Assembly: GCA_965208125.1 (NCBI GenBank)
Contig: OZ242320.1
Coordinates: 3,104,001 to 3,168,000, forward strand
Length of the DNA stretch: 64,000 bases
DNA from: Candidatus Latescibacterota bacterium
GTDB lineage: Bacteria > Latescibacterota > UBA2968
Direction of reading: 5' to 3'
The notes under the pieces are model-generated. The model saw only the letters and a program-made list of their open reading frames with translations. It made no database searches and was not told the DNA's origin. Shown here in pieces: positions 1-9,641 of this stretch. The position numbers were made by a program, and so were the translations under genes. How positions within the stretch are numbered: position 1 is the stretch's first letter; the number at the start of each line of letters is the position of its first letter.

Positions 1-728
1 AGTGCTTCTTCGAATTGTTCTTTCTTTATTTTTAACTCTTTCTCTACCTTTTTGTATTCGGTATTTATGTCGTCCTTCTCTTTCTTACGTTTTTCCAATA
101 ATTTCTGTAGAGAGTTTACTCTATTACGACGTTGTGTAAGCCCTTTTTGTTGTGTGACACCTCCCTCACGAGATGTTTTTTCTTTCCAATATTCGTCAAT
201 TCTATTAGTCATGTTTGGGAATAAACTTAGTTGGAATAAATCCTCAATAGCCAGTTGTGCCCGAGTATAATTTTGCTTGAGTAACTGATCTGCTAACTCG
301 CCATCAAAAACAAAGAAATTGACAAATTGTGGCTGGCAGAACTTTTCTATTTTAGGGAAAGGGTGGAACCCTTCGCTATTTCCTAATGACGATGTTGTCG
401 AATACCTAACGCTACCATCATCGAAGTCAAAATCCATTGTAATAGTGAGTCTGCGTGTATCACAAATCAGGATAACCTGAAATTGTCCACTACTGCACTG
501 ATAATTTCTTTTTTTTAGCGACCGTACCTTATCAGCACTCCACTCTTCTGCATTCCCCGAAAGTGCTGCCCGAAGTAATTCAAGAGTAGTTGTTTTTCCC
601 GTTCCATTAGGCATCTGAATCAATGAAATTGGATAAATGTTCTGTCCATCTTTTAGGAATGATACCTGATGGTCTGGACACCGCAGTCCTTCGGCACTCC
701 ATCCAGCAACTTTGATGACTACAGCCAT
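1..728 (-). CDS. SMC/DndD-like ABC (AAA) ATPase, N-terminal part (runs off window); CxC-clade candidate
   Basis: Not in ORF track. Manual translation from ATG at 728 gives MAVVIKVAGWSAEGLRCPDHQVSF...ISLIQMPNGTGKTTTLELLRAAL (Walker A). Start overlaps the TAA of the upstream small ORF (TAATG). Confidence 0.8.
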   Translation of the reverse strand, partial: MAVVIKVAGWSAEGLRCPDHQVSFLKDGQNIYPISLIQMPNGTGKTTTLELLRAALSGNAEEWSADKVRSLKKRNYQCSSGQFQVILICDTRRLTITMDFDFDDGSVRYSTTSSLGNSEGFHPFPKIEKFCQPQFVNFFVFDGELADQLLKQNYTRAQLAIEDLFQLSLFPNMTNRIDEYWKEKTSREGGVTQQKGLTQRRNRVNSLQKLLEKRKKEKDDINTEYKKVEKELKIKKEQFEEA

Positions 729-925
729 TACTTTTCTCCATCTATTAAGCAGTTTTCATACAGCAAATCGAGACGACGAGACACAGAATCTTTGTCGGTC
801 AAACGTTCGTTGCCGTTTGCAACGGCTTCAAACCAAGCGATTAATTTGTTCGCTAATCCTTCATTTTGACCAAAGTCTGCAACAGCTTCTCTGATAGCTT
901 CTTGTATTTTTGCATCAGTACTCAT
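728..925 (-). CDS. small helical protein resembling CxC ATPase DNA-modification-system associated small protein
   Basis: 65 aa, coupled to both neighbours (ATGA and TAATG overlaps). Pattern KIQEAIREAV..GQ..LA.KLIAWFEAVANGNE..LDLLYE matches my recollection of that family. Confidence 0.65.
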   Translation of the reverse strand: MSTDAKIQEAIREAVADFGQNEGLANKLIAWFEAVANGNERLTDKDSVSRRLDLLYENCLIDGEK

Positions 926-2898
926 AGTGAAACCTCAGATAATTTTTGGAGCCAGGTTTTTCTTTTTTGATCTGAATTGTCGGGATTTTGAGGATCAGGG
1001 GCACGTACGAAGTCAATAATATTAGCGCGTTTCTGAGGATTGGATGGATCAACTCTAAGACACCGTCCCATTCGTTGAATAGTTTCCAGCCGAGTACGGG
1101 CGGAGGAGAACAGGATAACCGTGGTTAAATTCTGGATGTCAATACCTTCAGATAACCGATGACAGGTTATGAGACACTCTAAATTTCCTCGCGCAAAGCG
1201 TGCTAATGTTGCTGCCTCATCCCCGTCATAGTAGGTATGGAAATCGTGGCGATATTGATGCACAGTTTCCAGTACCTCTTCACCATATTCTTTAGTTTCA
1301 ACAAAAATGATACATCGCGTTAGCAAATTGGGACGCTTGTCTATGAATGTTCTAAAGATAGGAAGTTTTGCCTTTGATGTTTTATAAACCCGCGCTAGAG
1401 CTATCCAAAGTTCTTCTCGTGACATAGGACTGTCTGAATGTTTGCTTGCCTCAAAGCGCCGGTGAATCGCTCGCAATTTTTGTCTATTTTCTTCACTCGG
1501 TTGATATGTTAGTGGATAATATGAGAAAGGTGCTAAAATTTCGCGCCGGATAGCATCCGCAATGTCAAATCTAAAAATCACGGGACCAATGTGGGTTTCT
1601 ATGAAGTCTGTTCCTTCCTGATCGTATTCACGTTCAGGAGTCGCGCTAAGCCCTAACCTGAAGCGAATGGAATCCGATAAACCGGATAGGTCTTCACGGT
1701 TCTTGGTACTCCCAAGTGCGTGGACTTCATCGTGAATAAGCATCGTTTGCTCTGCTATTTGCAAAGACCGGAGTGCAGGAGCTAAAGCTTGACGCGAAAT
1801 TAGTAAGATTTTTTGATGAGGCTTTAAATGGTATCGCTCGCGGTCGTGATATTTGTTGTAATGCCGCACAATACTATATGGTCTATCTAATTCTTGGCTG
1901 ACAGGAAGCAATTGTTCATACCATTGATTTAGAAGATCTGTCCCATCTGTTGCTACGATCAGCGATTCGATTTTGTGCTGTTGAACAAGCTCTTTAAAAA
2001 TTCGCAGTGCTGTTCGAGTTTTTCCCGTTCCTGTCGCCATTTCCAATACACCGCGTTCCTCCTTCAAAAAAGTATCAATTGCTTCATCCTGATGACGCCA
2101 GCGATTTGCGCTTCCCTCACGCACAAGGGGGGGCGGTTTGGGAAAATCTTCATCGGGTGCTCTTTCTTTAATATAACGTAAGGCTTTTGGAGACAATTTC
2201 AGGATTCGGAGTCCATGAGCTTGGTTTGACCATGCTTCGGCAAATTGTTCGCATTTAACTTTGACTCTCGTAGAATCCTCAGGCAACCAGTCCCGGAATA
2301 CATCAATTGATTCATGGTTTTTTGTATGTCCCATTATTGTTTCGTTTGCTGAGCCTGTGAAAGCTACAGTCCTACCCCACGGAAATTTAAATATTCCTAT
2401 TTTTTCATGGAAAATACCTGGATCTTCAACATGCGCTGGAAAAGCAAAACGAAGCTCAAGCTTCTTGGATGCTATTAACCAGGTAAGAAGTCTGAGCCTC
2501 AATTTTATATCTTCGGGAGATTGTGCAAAAGAAAGCGCGTCGAGAACGATTTTGTCAGCAGCCTTTTGTAGAAGGGCGTCCCGTTCATCAGGGATGACTG
2601 CTGAGCGAATGGCCTCTTTATCTTGTTCTGAAAGAAGCGGCGAAATAAGCAATTGGATTTTTATGGTGTCCAATTTCGCTATACGGGGAAGCACTTTAGC
2701 CCATGTTACGAGAACGGAACTGGAAAAATATCCTACCGCTCTCTTATAGGAGGAGCAATGCTCTAAACATGGAATAAAAAAATCACGAGCGAGATCAGAA
2801 GTTCCTGAGCGGTAATGTGAATTGAACCCTTCAATAGCTGCTTTACCGGTCTCTACCGTATAAGAATATTTAGCATGTTTCTGTATAGACCCTATCAA
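922..2898 (-). CDS. PLD-nuclease-like domain + SF2 (DExH) helicase; resembles phosphorothioation-system-associated restriction enzyme
   Basis: FHEKIGIF...FTGSANET (PLD HxK motif); MATGTGKT, HDEVH, LSATP, QRMGRCLR helicase motifs. Confidence 0.85.
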   Translation of the reverse strand: MIGSIQKHAKYSYTVETGKAAIEGFNSHYRSGTSDLARDFFIPCLEHCSSYKRAVGYFSSSVLVTWAKVLPRIAKLDTIKIQLLISPLLSEQDKEAIRSAVIPDERDALLQKAADKIVLDALSFAQSPEDIKLRLRLLTWLIASKKLELRFAFPAHVEDPGIFHEKIGIFKFPWGRTVAFTGSANETIMGHTKNHESIDVFRDWLPEDSTRVKVKCEQFAEAWSNQAHGLRILKLSPKALRYIKERAPDEDFPKPPPLVREGSANRWRHQDEAIDTFLKEERGVLEMATGTGKTRTALRIFKELVQQHKIESLIVATDGTDLLNQWYEQLLPVSQELDRPYSIVRHYNKYHDRERYHLKPHQKILLISRQALAPALRSLQIAEQTMLIHDEVHALGSTKNREDLSGLSDSIRFRLGLSATPEREYDQEGTDFIETHIGPVIFRFDIADAIRREILAPFSYYPLTYQPSEENRQKLRAIHRRFEASKHSDSPMSREELWIALARVYKTSKAKLPIFRTFIDKRPNLLTRCIIFVETKEYGEEVLETVHQYRHDFHTYYDGDEAATLARFARGNLECLITCHRLSEGIDIQNLTTVILFSSARTRLETIQRMGRCLRVDPSNPQKRANIIDFVRAPDPQNPDNSDQKRKTWLQKLSEVSL

Positions 2899-2986
2899 TT
2901 GATACCACTCTTCCAGCCAGCATTCTTTAAATTATTTATCCGTTAAGTGAACAAGGCAAAATAATAATATAGAGTCAGGCAAATGT

Positions 2987-3190
2987 CTATTGATTTTTTA
3001 AGAATCGCGATTCCATTGCTGCTTTGCTTATCTCAGCGACATTTCTATCGGGCCAGAGGTTTTGCTGCCATTTCGTATAGTCAAATGGCTCGCGCAAGAT
3101 CAAGCTGATGAATTTTTCAGCTTCAACAATACCCAGAGCATCTACCAGAGCGCGTAGTCCATGTACTCGTATTTCAGTATCGGTTCTCAT
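2987..3190 (-). CDS. small conserved hypothetical protein (antitoxin-like, orphan)
   Basis: 67 aa from MRTDTEIRVHGLRALVDALGIVEAEKFI...FDYTKWQ; resembles small partners of PIN toxins (inference). Confidence 0.55.
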   Translation of the reverse strand: MRTDTEIRVHGLRALVDALGIVEAEKFISLILREPFDYTKWQQNLWPDRNVAEISKAAMESRFLKNQ

Positions 3191-3346
3191 GTCTGATTTC
3201 TCGTTGCCAGACCGCCACGTGTACGCCGTATGTGACGGCTCAAAACCTTCTGGATTGCGGCTAAAACCATGCCGCAATGACGGGTGCAGCCCTATAAGTG
3301 GATAACCTGCACCAAAGGTTATTAGACAAGATTAACTGTGTTTAAA

Positions 3347-4207
3347 TCAATCATCACCCAATAACTTCTGTGCATTTTGATATGTTATTTTGTCGAATGC
3401 CTCTTTTGGTAAGTTCAAGCGCTGTAGATAATCCATCAGGCGCGTGTCGAAATAATCCCTTCCAAATAACAGGCTATCTTGAAAGTCGATCAGGAATTGT
3501 CTGCCAAATGCTTCATCTCTGCTGATTGCCGTGAGTCCCGATCCCGCGGAGAGGTCGGCGTATAGATTGTCGTATTTTTTGAGCATCTCGGGTACTTTGC
3601 CGCCCGGTTCAACGGGACCTGTGGGATAGGCTTCTTTGTCAAATTTGCCGTCGCCGGAAATGTGTGCCCAGAATCCAGGTGCATGGCCGATGAAGTTGGT
3701 TTCGGGACATGCGATAATCGCCCGTTCAAATGCTTCGATGCTGCCGCCATACCACCAGTTTGGTCGCGGGTAATCCCCGCGTCCGTGATCAATGGGGTAG
3801 TCGAGATGGATCGTGATTGGCAGGCCCATTTCACCACAGACGTGGTACAGTCTGAGGGCATCCGGGTCGTCAAATACGACTCTGACCTTTAATTCGCTGG
3901 CAACCCGTATTCCGTGAATTTCTACGGCTGCTTTCAAGCGGTCAATCGCGTCGGGTCGCTTTGGGTGTGGCATATATCCCAGTACAAATCGATCAGGGGC
4001 TGTGCGCCCCACCTGTATCACGTCTTCGAGGGGGATACACACGCCTGTTGGGGGCAATACGTTGTGATAACTGGGGCTGTATTCGTCTTCTGGCGCTTCC
4101 CAGGAAAAGAGCCATAGCTGGTCGATGTTTTGCTCATCCATGTTTTTTAAAATTTTTTCGGCGTTGAATCCGTGCCAGTTTGGGTGGTTGTGCGCGTCGA
4201 TTAACAT
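3347..4207 (-). CDS. amidohydrolase family protein
   Basis: N-terminal IDAHNH metal motif; YADLSAGSG; LLFGRD. Confidence 0.85.
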   Translation of the reverse strand: MLIDAHNHPNWHGFNAEKILKNMDEQNIDQLWLFSWEAPEDEYSPSYHNVLPPTGVCIPLEDVIQVGRTAPDRFVLGYMPHPKRPDAIDRLKAAVEIHGIRVASELKVRVVFDDPDALRLYHVCGEMGLPITIHLDYPIDHGRGDYPRPNWWYGGSIEAFERAIIACPETNFIGHAPGFWAHISGDGKFDKEAYPTGPVEPGGKVPEMLKKYDNLYADLSAGSGLTAISRDEAFGRQFLIDFQDSLLFGRDYFDTRLMDYLQRLNLPKEAFDKITYQNAQKLLGDD

Positions 4208-4219
4208 GTGAAGCTCCTT

Positions 4220-5293
4220 TTAGATCAGATACTCGCCATCCCGGATGATTTGGCGTGCCTTCCCGTCTGCTGAAATCAACAGGAGTGACGCTACTTGAAT
4301 CGGGCTGTCTTTAGCATAGACAATGTCTTCGTGAACAATATGTGCGGGGGATTTGAATTGTTCTGGCCCAATTGTGCCGCCGAGATGTTCGCTGCGTCCG
4401 TAAGCCCAGTGAAAACCCGCTTTTTCATCTTCTAAGACATTGCCCCAAACAACGGCTTTGGGATTACATCCCAGGGCGAGTTCGGCGATGTTGCCGCGCG
4501 TCGGATCTTCGGCGAAATAGGTTTTGAAGCTCGCGGCTTGTGTTGTTTCTCCCGCGACATCTACTATCCGGTTGTTCTCGACCCGAAATACGATGATATC
4601 GCCGTTGTCACTGACGGGTATTTCGCCTTCTGTGCGACTCGGTTCGCCCTTTCTTTCTCCTTCATAGGGGACCTGGAAACTTTCTCCACTCGGCAAGTTG
4701 ATGATGGGAAAGTCCGAGTTTGCCTTTTCTCGGGGCAGTTGTCCGTCGTCTTTGTGGGCTTCGCGGTAGCGCAGGTCAACGGTCCATTTGTGGCCGGTTG
4801 AAAAAATAACCCGTGCGTATTCTGCTTGGGAGAGGGCGTCCATTAATATCTGGCAGCGGCGCGCCACTTCGGTATAATCCGCAGAGAGCGCGGTTTCTTC
4901 CATGCGGCGAGCAACGCCTGGCAATGATGCGGCGCGAAAATCATCGTGTGAACGCGCCCACATAGATAGGGGTGCGGTGGCGGAGAATTGCGTGAGTGCA
5001 AGTGCTGTTGTCGCTCGCGCCAGGCCGTCGCGCAAGGGGATGGGGTCGCCTTTGTCGAGGGGCAAATTGCCATTGTGCGCGCCGGTGGCGGGAAAGGTGA
5101 TAAGGGGCAGGACGTCAAAGCCGATTTGTTCGCCGAGCGATATCCAGGCCGCACGCCATTCAGCGGCCATTTCTCTGCGCTCGCGCCAGGTCTCGCTATC
5201 GCGCAGTTCACCGTGCGGGACATCGGCAATGACGGCTATTGTTTCGTCGGGTTCGGGATGAAATACATCTGTGAATAATTTGTGTAAGTCCAT
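4220..5293 (-). CDS. M29-family (thermophilic metalloprotease / leucyl aminopeptidase-like) protein
   Basis: NLPSGE, NIAELALGCNP, LEDEKAGFHWAYGRS..H.D motifs. Confidence 0.75.
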   Translation of the reverse strand: MDLHKLFTDVFHPEPDETIAVIADVPHGELRDSETWRERREMAAEWRAAWISLGEQIGFDVLPLITFPATGAHNGNLPLDKGDPIPLRDGLARATTALALTQFSATAPLSMWARSHDDFRAASLPGVARRMEETALSADYTEVARRCQILMDALSQAEYARVIFSTGHKWTVDLRYREAHKDDGQLPREKANSDFPIINLPSGESFQVPYEGERKGEPSRTEGEIPVSDNGDIIVFRVENNRIVDVAGETTQAASFKTYFAEDPTRGNIAELALGCNPKAVVWGNVLEDEKAGFHWAYGRSEHLGGTIGPEQFKSPAHIVHEDIVYAKDSPIQVASLLLISADGKARQIIRDGEYLI

Positions 5294-6105
5294 TACAGGT
5301 TGTCCAGTACTGCGCGCAATTGCCGCACGCCTTTTAGCATGAGTTCTGGGGATCCCCAGTGTTCGATGCTCACGTTGCCCGTATAACCGTCTGATAGGAC
5401 CATTTTGAGCAGGTCTTCGTATTTTATATCGCTGTCGCGAATGGGGTCCAGTTCTTTGTCGGGGTTGGGTTTGACGTGCAAGTGGGTGATCCGCCCTTTG
5501 ATCTGTTCGTATCCATCGGGTATGGCTTGTTCACCACATCCGATGCCGTTGTTCACATCCCAGCAGAAGCTAAATCCCGATGTGTCTCCCAGAGCGTCGG
5601 CAACCATTCTCGCTTCCGCGCAACTGCCGGCAATGGTCGCGCCTTCGTTTTCCATTGATAGGGTGACGCCTTCGCGTTCGGCTGTTTTTGCAATGGGTTC
5701 GAGAAATGGCACGATGACATCGAGATAATTCTCAACGCCGGGTCGATTTGCCCGGTCTCCTTTTCGTCGATTGGGATTCCAGAGGGAAAATCCGCGGATG
5801 ACGGTTGTATCAAATGCTTTTGCGAGTTCGATCATGCGGTCAAACATGCGCTGGTGTTCGGATTTTTCTTCGTCGCTGTCGTGCGCGCATTTGCCCACGG
5901 GCGAGCCGACGGACATAACGGTTACATTGTACTTTGCCAGTACGTCCTGGACGCGCTGCAGTTCGTCGTTGTCGATTTCCTGGACGCGCTTGCCCCAGAT
6001 GCCGCCGCGCAGTTCAATTCCCGTTGCGCCCGCTTCTACGCCCAGGCGCACAGATTTATCAAAATCAGCTTTGTCGATTTCATCTGCAAAATAACACAGT
6101 TCCAT
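5293..6105 (-). CDS. sugar phosphate isomerase/epimerase (xylose isomerase-like TIM barrel)
   Basis: IELR, MENE, WDVNN, HLHVK, SIEH motifs. Confidence 0.85.
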   Translation of the reverse strand: MELCYFADEIDKADFDKSVRLGVEAGATGIELRGGIWGKRVQEIDNDELQRVQDVLAKYNVTVMSVGSPVGKCAHDSDEEKSEHQRMFDRMIELAKAFDTTVIRGFSLWNPNRRKGDRANRPGVENYLDVIVPFLEPIAKTAEREGVTLSMENEGATIAGSCAEARMVADALGDTSGFSFCWDVNNGIGCGEQAIPDGYEQIKGRITHLHVKPNPDKELDPIRDSDIKYEDLLKMVLSDGYTGNVSIEHWGSPELMLKGVRQLRAVLDNL

Positions 6106-6181
6106 CCGTTCCTCCTGTTAGTGGTTATACGAATCAACGGAGCGGTGTACAACTGACCGCCTCCCAGGTCAGTTCATCAAT

Positions 6182-6209
6182 GTAGGGGCGGTGCCCCTGT
6201 GCCCGCCCG
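6182..6209 (+). repeat. GTAG-type REP-like palindromic element, copy 1
   Basis: GTAGGGGCGGTGCCCCTGTGCCCGCCCG; GTAG head plus GGGCGG..CCGCCC stem. Confidence 0.65.
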
Positions 6210-6323
6210 TAGGGTGGCTTGGCTACAATAAATATAATATCTCCCTTCACAGTCAAAGAAAAACGCGACCCACGCGAGTTTATTTTTCATTTTTAATTTT
6301 TGGTTTTTAATTATCATGGTCTT

Positions 6324-6644
6324 ATGAATGAACAGACGCGAAAGAAAATTCTGCAATCCACACCGCGCCCAAAGGGGATTCGCAAGGTGGATAGGAAACG
6401 CCTACTGGCACAGTTGGCTCGCACTGAGCCGCCGCCCGATTACGACCGGTATATACGATCCAAGTCATGGCAGATTAAAAGGCAGAAGTTTCTCGCCCAT
6501 TACAATTGCCAGTGCGTTTTGTGCGGGAGCAAAGAGCATTTGCACGTGCATCACTTACACTACAAGACGCTGGGGAATGAGGGTGTGGAGGATGTGATCG
6601 TTTGCTGCAGGCGTTGTCATTTTATAGAACACTTGAAAAAGTGA
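6324..6644 (+). CDS. HNH endonuclease
   Basis: CVLC...LHVHHLHY...CCRRCH..EH zinc/HNH signature, preceded by Y.RS..W..KR. Confidence 0.85.
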   Translation: MNEQTRKKILQSTPRPKGIRKVDRKRLLAQLARTEPPPDYDRYIRSKSWQIKRQKFLAHYNCQCVLCGSKEHLHVHHLHYKTLGNEGVEDVIVCCRRCHFIEHLKK

Positions 6645-6655
6645 TCCAGTATTTT

Positions 6656-6682
6656 GTAGGGGCGGTCCCCCGTGCCCGCCCG
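6656..6682 (+). repeat. GTAG-type REP-like palindromic element, copy 2
   Basis: GTAGGGGCGGTCCCCCGTGCCCGCCCG, near-identical to 6182-6209, same orientation. Confidence 0.65.
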
Positions 6683-6699
6683 CATTTCCGGAGATTTTC

Positions 6700-7980
6700 A
6701 TGCCGAATATTATCATTATTACGACGCACGATACAGGTCGGCATTTTGGGTGTTATGGTGTCGATACGGTGCATACACCTGCGATTGATGCGATTGCCGA
6801 TGAGGGGTTCAAGTTTACCAATTATTTTACGACGAGTCCGGTGTGTAGTCCCAGCCGGGGGGCTATGCTTACAGGGCGCTATCCGCAGAGCAATGGGTTG
6901 ATTGGGTTGACGCATTCGCCGTGGGATTGGTGTTTTAATGAGGGGGAGCGACATCTTTCGCATATTTTGCGCGATGCGGGTTATCATACGGCTCTTTTTG
7001 GGTTGCAGCACGAGGCGTCTAATACTGAGGATTTGGGTTTTGAAGCGACTTTTGCACAGCGCGATGATAATGGTCGCCGCGCAAACGCGCTTGTGGTTGC
7101 CCAGGGTTTGGCGGATTTTCTCAGGACAGACGCGGGTTATAGGACGCCATTCTACGCACAAGTCGGTTTTTTTGAGACGCATCGTCCGCACGATTTTGGC
7201 GATGTGGGGCCTGATGATAGTAAGGGTATTGATGTGCCGCCCTATCTGGTTGACGACGAGACGTCGCGGCGGGAACTGGCTTTGCAACAAGGTGCGATCC
7301 GCCGCGTTGATGAGGCGATTCAGATTATTGCCGATGCGTTGAGAGAAAGTGGATTGGAAGACGATACGCTGCTGGTTTTTACGGTGGATCACGGTATTGA
7401 ATTTCCCAGGGCGAAGTGGTTTTGTTATGACGCGGGTATTGGCGTTGCATTGCTTATGCGCTGGCCCGGTGGGGGGGTTCGGGGTGGACAGAACTGTGAC
7501 CACTTGCTCAGCAATGTCGATTTTTTGCCCACGCTTATGGATCTCATAGACCATCCTATTCCGGATAATGTGGAGGGTTTGAGTTTTGCCAGTGTGTTCA
7601 AAAATCCGGATGCGGAACCCACGCGGGATGCGGCTTTTTCGATCTTTCAGGGTAGCGATAGTCGGAGTGTTCGCACCAATCGCTATAAGTTTATTCGCAA
7701 TTTCAGTCCGCGGCGCCTGATAGATGTGCCAGTTGATATGACTAATCCCCCAAGACCGCGCATCAAACAACCGGTGGCGCAACTCTACGATTTGGAAAAG
7801 GATCCCAACGAATTTGAGGATGTAGCCGATAAACCCGAATACCGGGATGTCTATAATGCGTTGAGCCAGCGCCTGTGGCAATGGATGGAAGATGTGAATG
7901 ATCCGTCGCTTAGAAGCCCGATTCCCACGCCGTATTATTGGGAGGCGATGGCAGAATATAACACGAGAAAGGAAAATTGA
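6700..7980 (+). CDS. sulfatase (Cys-type, FGly)
   Basis: PNIIIITTHD, CSPSRGAMLTGRYP, DHG motifs. Confidence 0.95.
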   Translation: MPNIIIITTHDTGRHFGCYGVDTVHTPAIDAIADEGFKFTNYFTTSPVCSPSRGAMLTGRYPQSNGLIGLTHSPWDWCFNEGERHLSHILRDAGYHTALFGLQHEASNTEDLGFEATFAQRDDNGRRANALVVAQGLADFLRTDAGYRTPFYAQVGFFETHRPHDFGDVGPDDSKGIDVPPYLVDDETSRRELALQQGAIRRVDEAIQIIADALRESGLEDDTLLVFTVDHGIEFPRAKWFCYDAGIGVALLMRWPGGGVRGGQNCDHLLSNVDFLPTLMDLIDHPIPDNVEGLSFASVFKNPDAEPTRDAAFSIFQGSDSRSVRTNRYKFIRNFSPRRLIDVPVDMTNPPRPRIKQPVAQLYDLEKDPNEFEDVADKPEYRDVYNALSQRLWQWMEDVNDPSLRSPIPTPYYWEAMAEYNTRKEN

Positions 7981-9185
7981 TGTCCAGAGGAAAAATTGTA
8001 AATCTCGCGCTTGTCGGCTGTGGCGGTATTGCCGGTGGGCATCTTCGGCGGTATGGAGAGCTTATTGACAGTGGCGAAGACCGTTTTCGCATTGTGGCTA
8101 CGGTTGATAGCGATATCAGTCGCGCACAGGCTTATGCCGATCAGATCAACGACAAGACCGGATGGGAGGTCAATAGTTATCCCTCGGTTGAGGATCTGCT
8201 CAATTCAGAGTCCAATCTCGATGGGGCCGATATATGCAGCCCTCACGGTTTGCATCATGTGCTGGCCTGTGAGTTGCTCGAAGGCGGTGTGAATATTTTG
8301 TGCGAAAAGCCTATTGGTATAACGGTTAAAGCCACGCAAAAAATTATCGATACAGCCAAACGCTGCAATAGGATCGCCGCGAATGCCGAGCAGTGTCGCC
8401 GCAGTGTTGGGCAGCGCACGATTCACTGGGCGTTTAATGGTGGTCCGCTCGGCGAACCCAGGTTGTGGTACGCCATCAGGTCGGGATGGCAGGATCCCGC
8501 GAATTATCCCGACTGGCACTGGCGCGTGGATCGCAAACTGGGCGGTTGCGGGATGGTTATGGATAGCGGTGCGCACTGGGTGGATACGATGCGCTACTGG
8601 TTTGGGGAAGTGGAGAGTGTTTATGCGCGTGTGGAGCAAATGGAACAGCGTCCCCATAAGAAAGGCGAGGATCTGGTCGATGATAGTCGCGAGGATTTTT
8701 GGACCAGTATTTTCAATTTTGAAAGTGGTGTGATCGGCACGTGGTCGTGGACGGTTAGCGCGCCGGGGAAGGGTTTTACCCAACTCAATCTCACCGGGAG
8801 TAAGGGCACGATTGTCGAGAGCGATATTTTTCATCCGGCAGCGTCTCAGGCGCGCGGTGAATGCCATTTTATAGATGGCACGGCGTATGGCGTGTCCCAG
8901 CTTCAAGATATGTTTCTCGATTCACTGAGTCAGGGCGAAAAGAATCGCCTCTTTCCCTATGGGCTGACCGATGGCATGGCGATTGAGTTGTGGGATTTTA
9001 TCGATGCTCTGAGTGTTGGGCGCGATGTGGAAATTGACGCCGAAGAGGGTCTGAAGAGCAAGGCCGTGAGCGAGGCGATTTACGAGTCTGGAAAAAGCGG
9101 AGAGGTCGTCAAGGTGAGCGATGTGATTTCCGGCGAGGTTTGTGCGTATCAGGAGGATATTGATCGCATGTGGGGTTTGGTGTGA
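7977..9185 (+). CDS. Gfo/Idh/MocA family oxidoreductase
   Basis: VGCGGIA, LCEKP, DSGAHWVD. Confidence 0.9.
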   Translation: MMSRGKIVNLALVGCGGIAGGHLRRYGELIDSGEDRFRIVATVDSDISRAQAYADQINDKTGWEVNSYPSVEDLLNSESNLDGADICSPHGLHHVLACELLEGGVNILCEKPIGITVKATQKIIDTAKRCNRIAANAEQCRRSVGQRTIHWAFNGGPLGEPRLWYAIRSGWQDPANYPDWHWRVDRKLGGCGMVMDSGAHWVDTMRYWFGEVESVYARVEQMEQRPHKKGEDLVDDSREDFWTSIFNFESGVIGTWSWTVSAPGKGFTQLNLTGSKGTIVESDIFHPAASQARGECHFIDGTAYGVSQLQDMFLDSLSQGEKNRLFPYGLTDGMAIELWDFIDALSVGRDVEIDAEEGLKSKAVSEAIYESGKSGEVVKVSDVISGEVCAYQEDIDRMWGLV

Positions 9186-9202
9186 GAGGTGGGATGACTA
9201 CT

Positions 9203-9245
9203 AAAAAATAGGCCGCGATCCCTTGAGACCGCGGCCCGATTTTTT
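9203..9245. terminator. bidirectional intrinsic terminator
   Basis: A6-GGCCGCG...CGCGGCC-T-run between convergent genes. Confidence 0.7.
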
Positions 9246-9637
9246 CACGTATTTCCCGGACGACCTATTTCGATGAGGTTGCCATCCGGGTCGTGTACGA
9301 AAACATAGCGCGTGCCGTCGTGTGGACGCACGCCGGGACCGGAGGCAACGCGCACGCGTTCGCGGTCAAGCGAAGTGATGACGCGATCGAAGTCGGCGAC
9401 TTCAAAGGCGATGTGGCGGCGCGAAGGACGGGGGTATTCTTCGGCGAGGATCAGGTGGATTTCGATGTCGCCACAGCGATACCAGGCACCTGCAAAGTCG
9501 TAATCTGGCCGGGGAATGGGTTGCAGCCCCAAAAGCTTTTCGTAAAATGCCGATGCGCGCTCGAGGTTACCTGTAACCAATGTGATGTGGCTGACGCGGG
9601 TGATGCCCATGCCAGCCGATTCCATGCGATTGGTCAC
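9245..9637 (-). CDS. VOC/glyoxalase family protein
   Basis: HITLV, FYEKLLG, HIAF, DPDGNLIE. Confidence 0.9.
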   Translation of the reverse strand: MTNRMESAGMGITRVSHITLVTGNLERASAFYEKLLGLQPIPRPDYDFAGAWYRCGDIEIHLILAEEYPRPSRRHIAFEVADFDRVITSLDRERVRVASGPGVRPHDGTRYVFVHDPDGNLIEIGRPGNT

Positions 9638-9641
9638 CGGA

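Noticed and set aside
6622-7881. 419-aa minus-strand ORF
   Set aside because: Antisense shadow of the sulfatase; no motifs.
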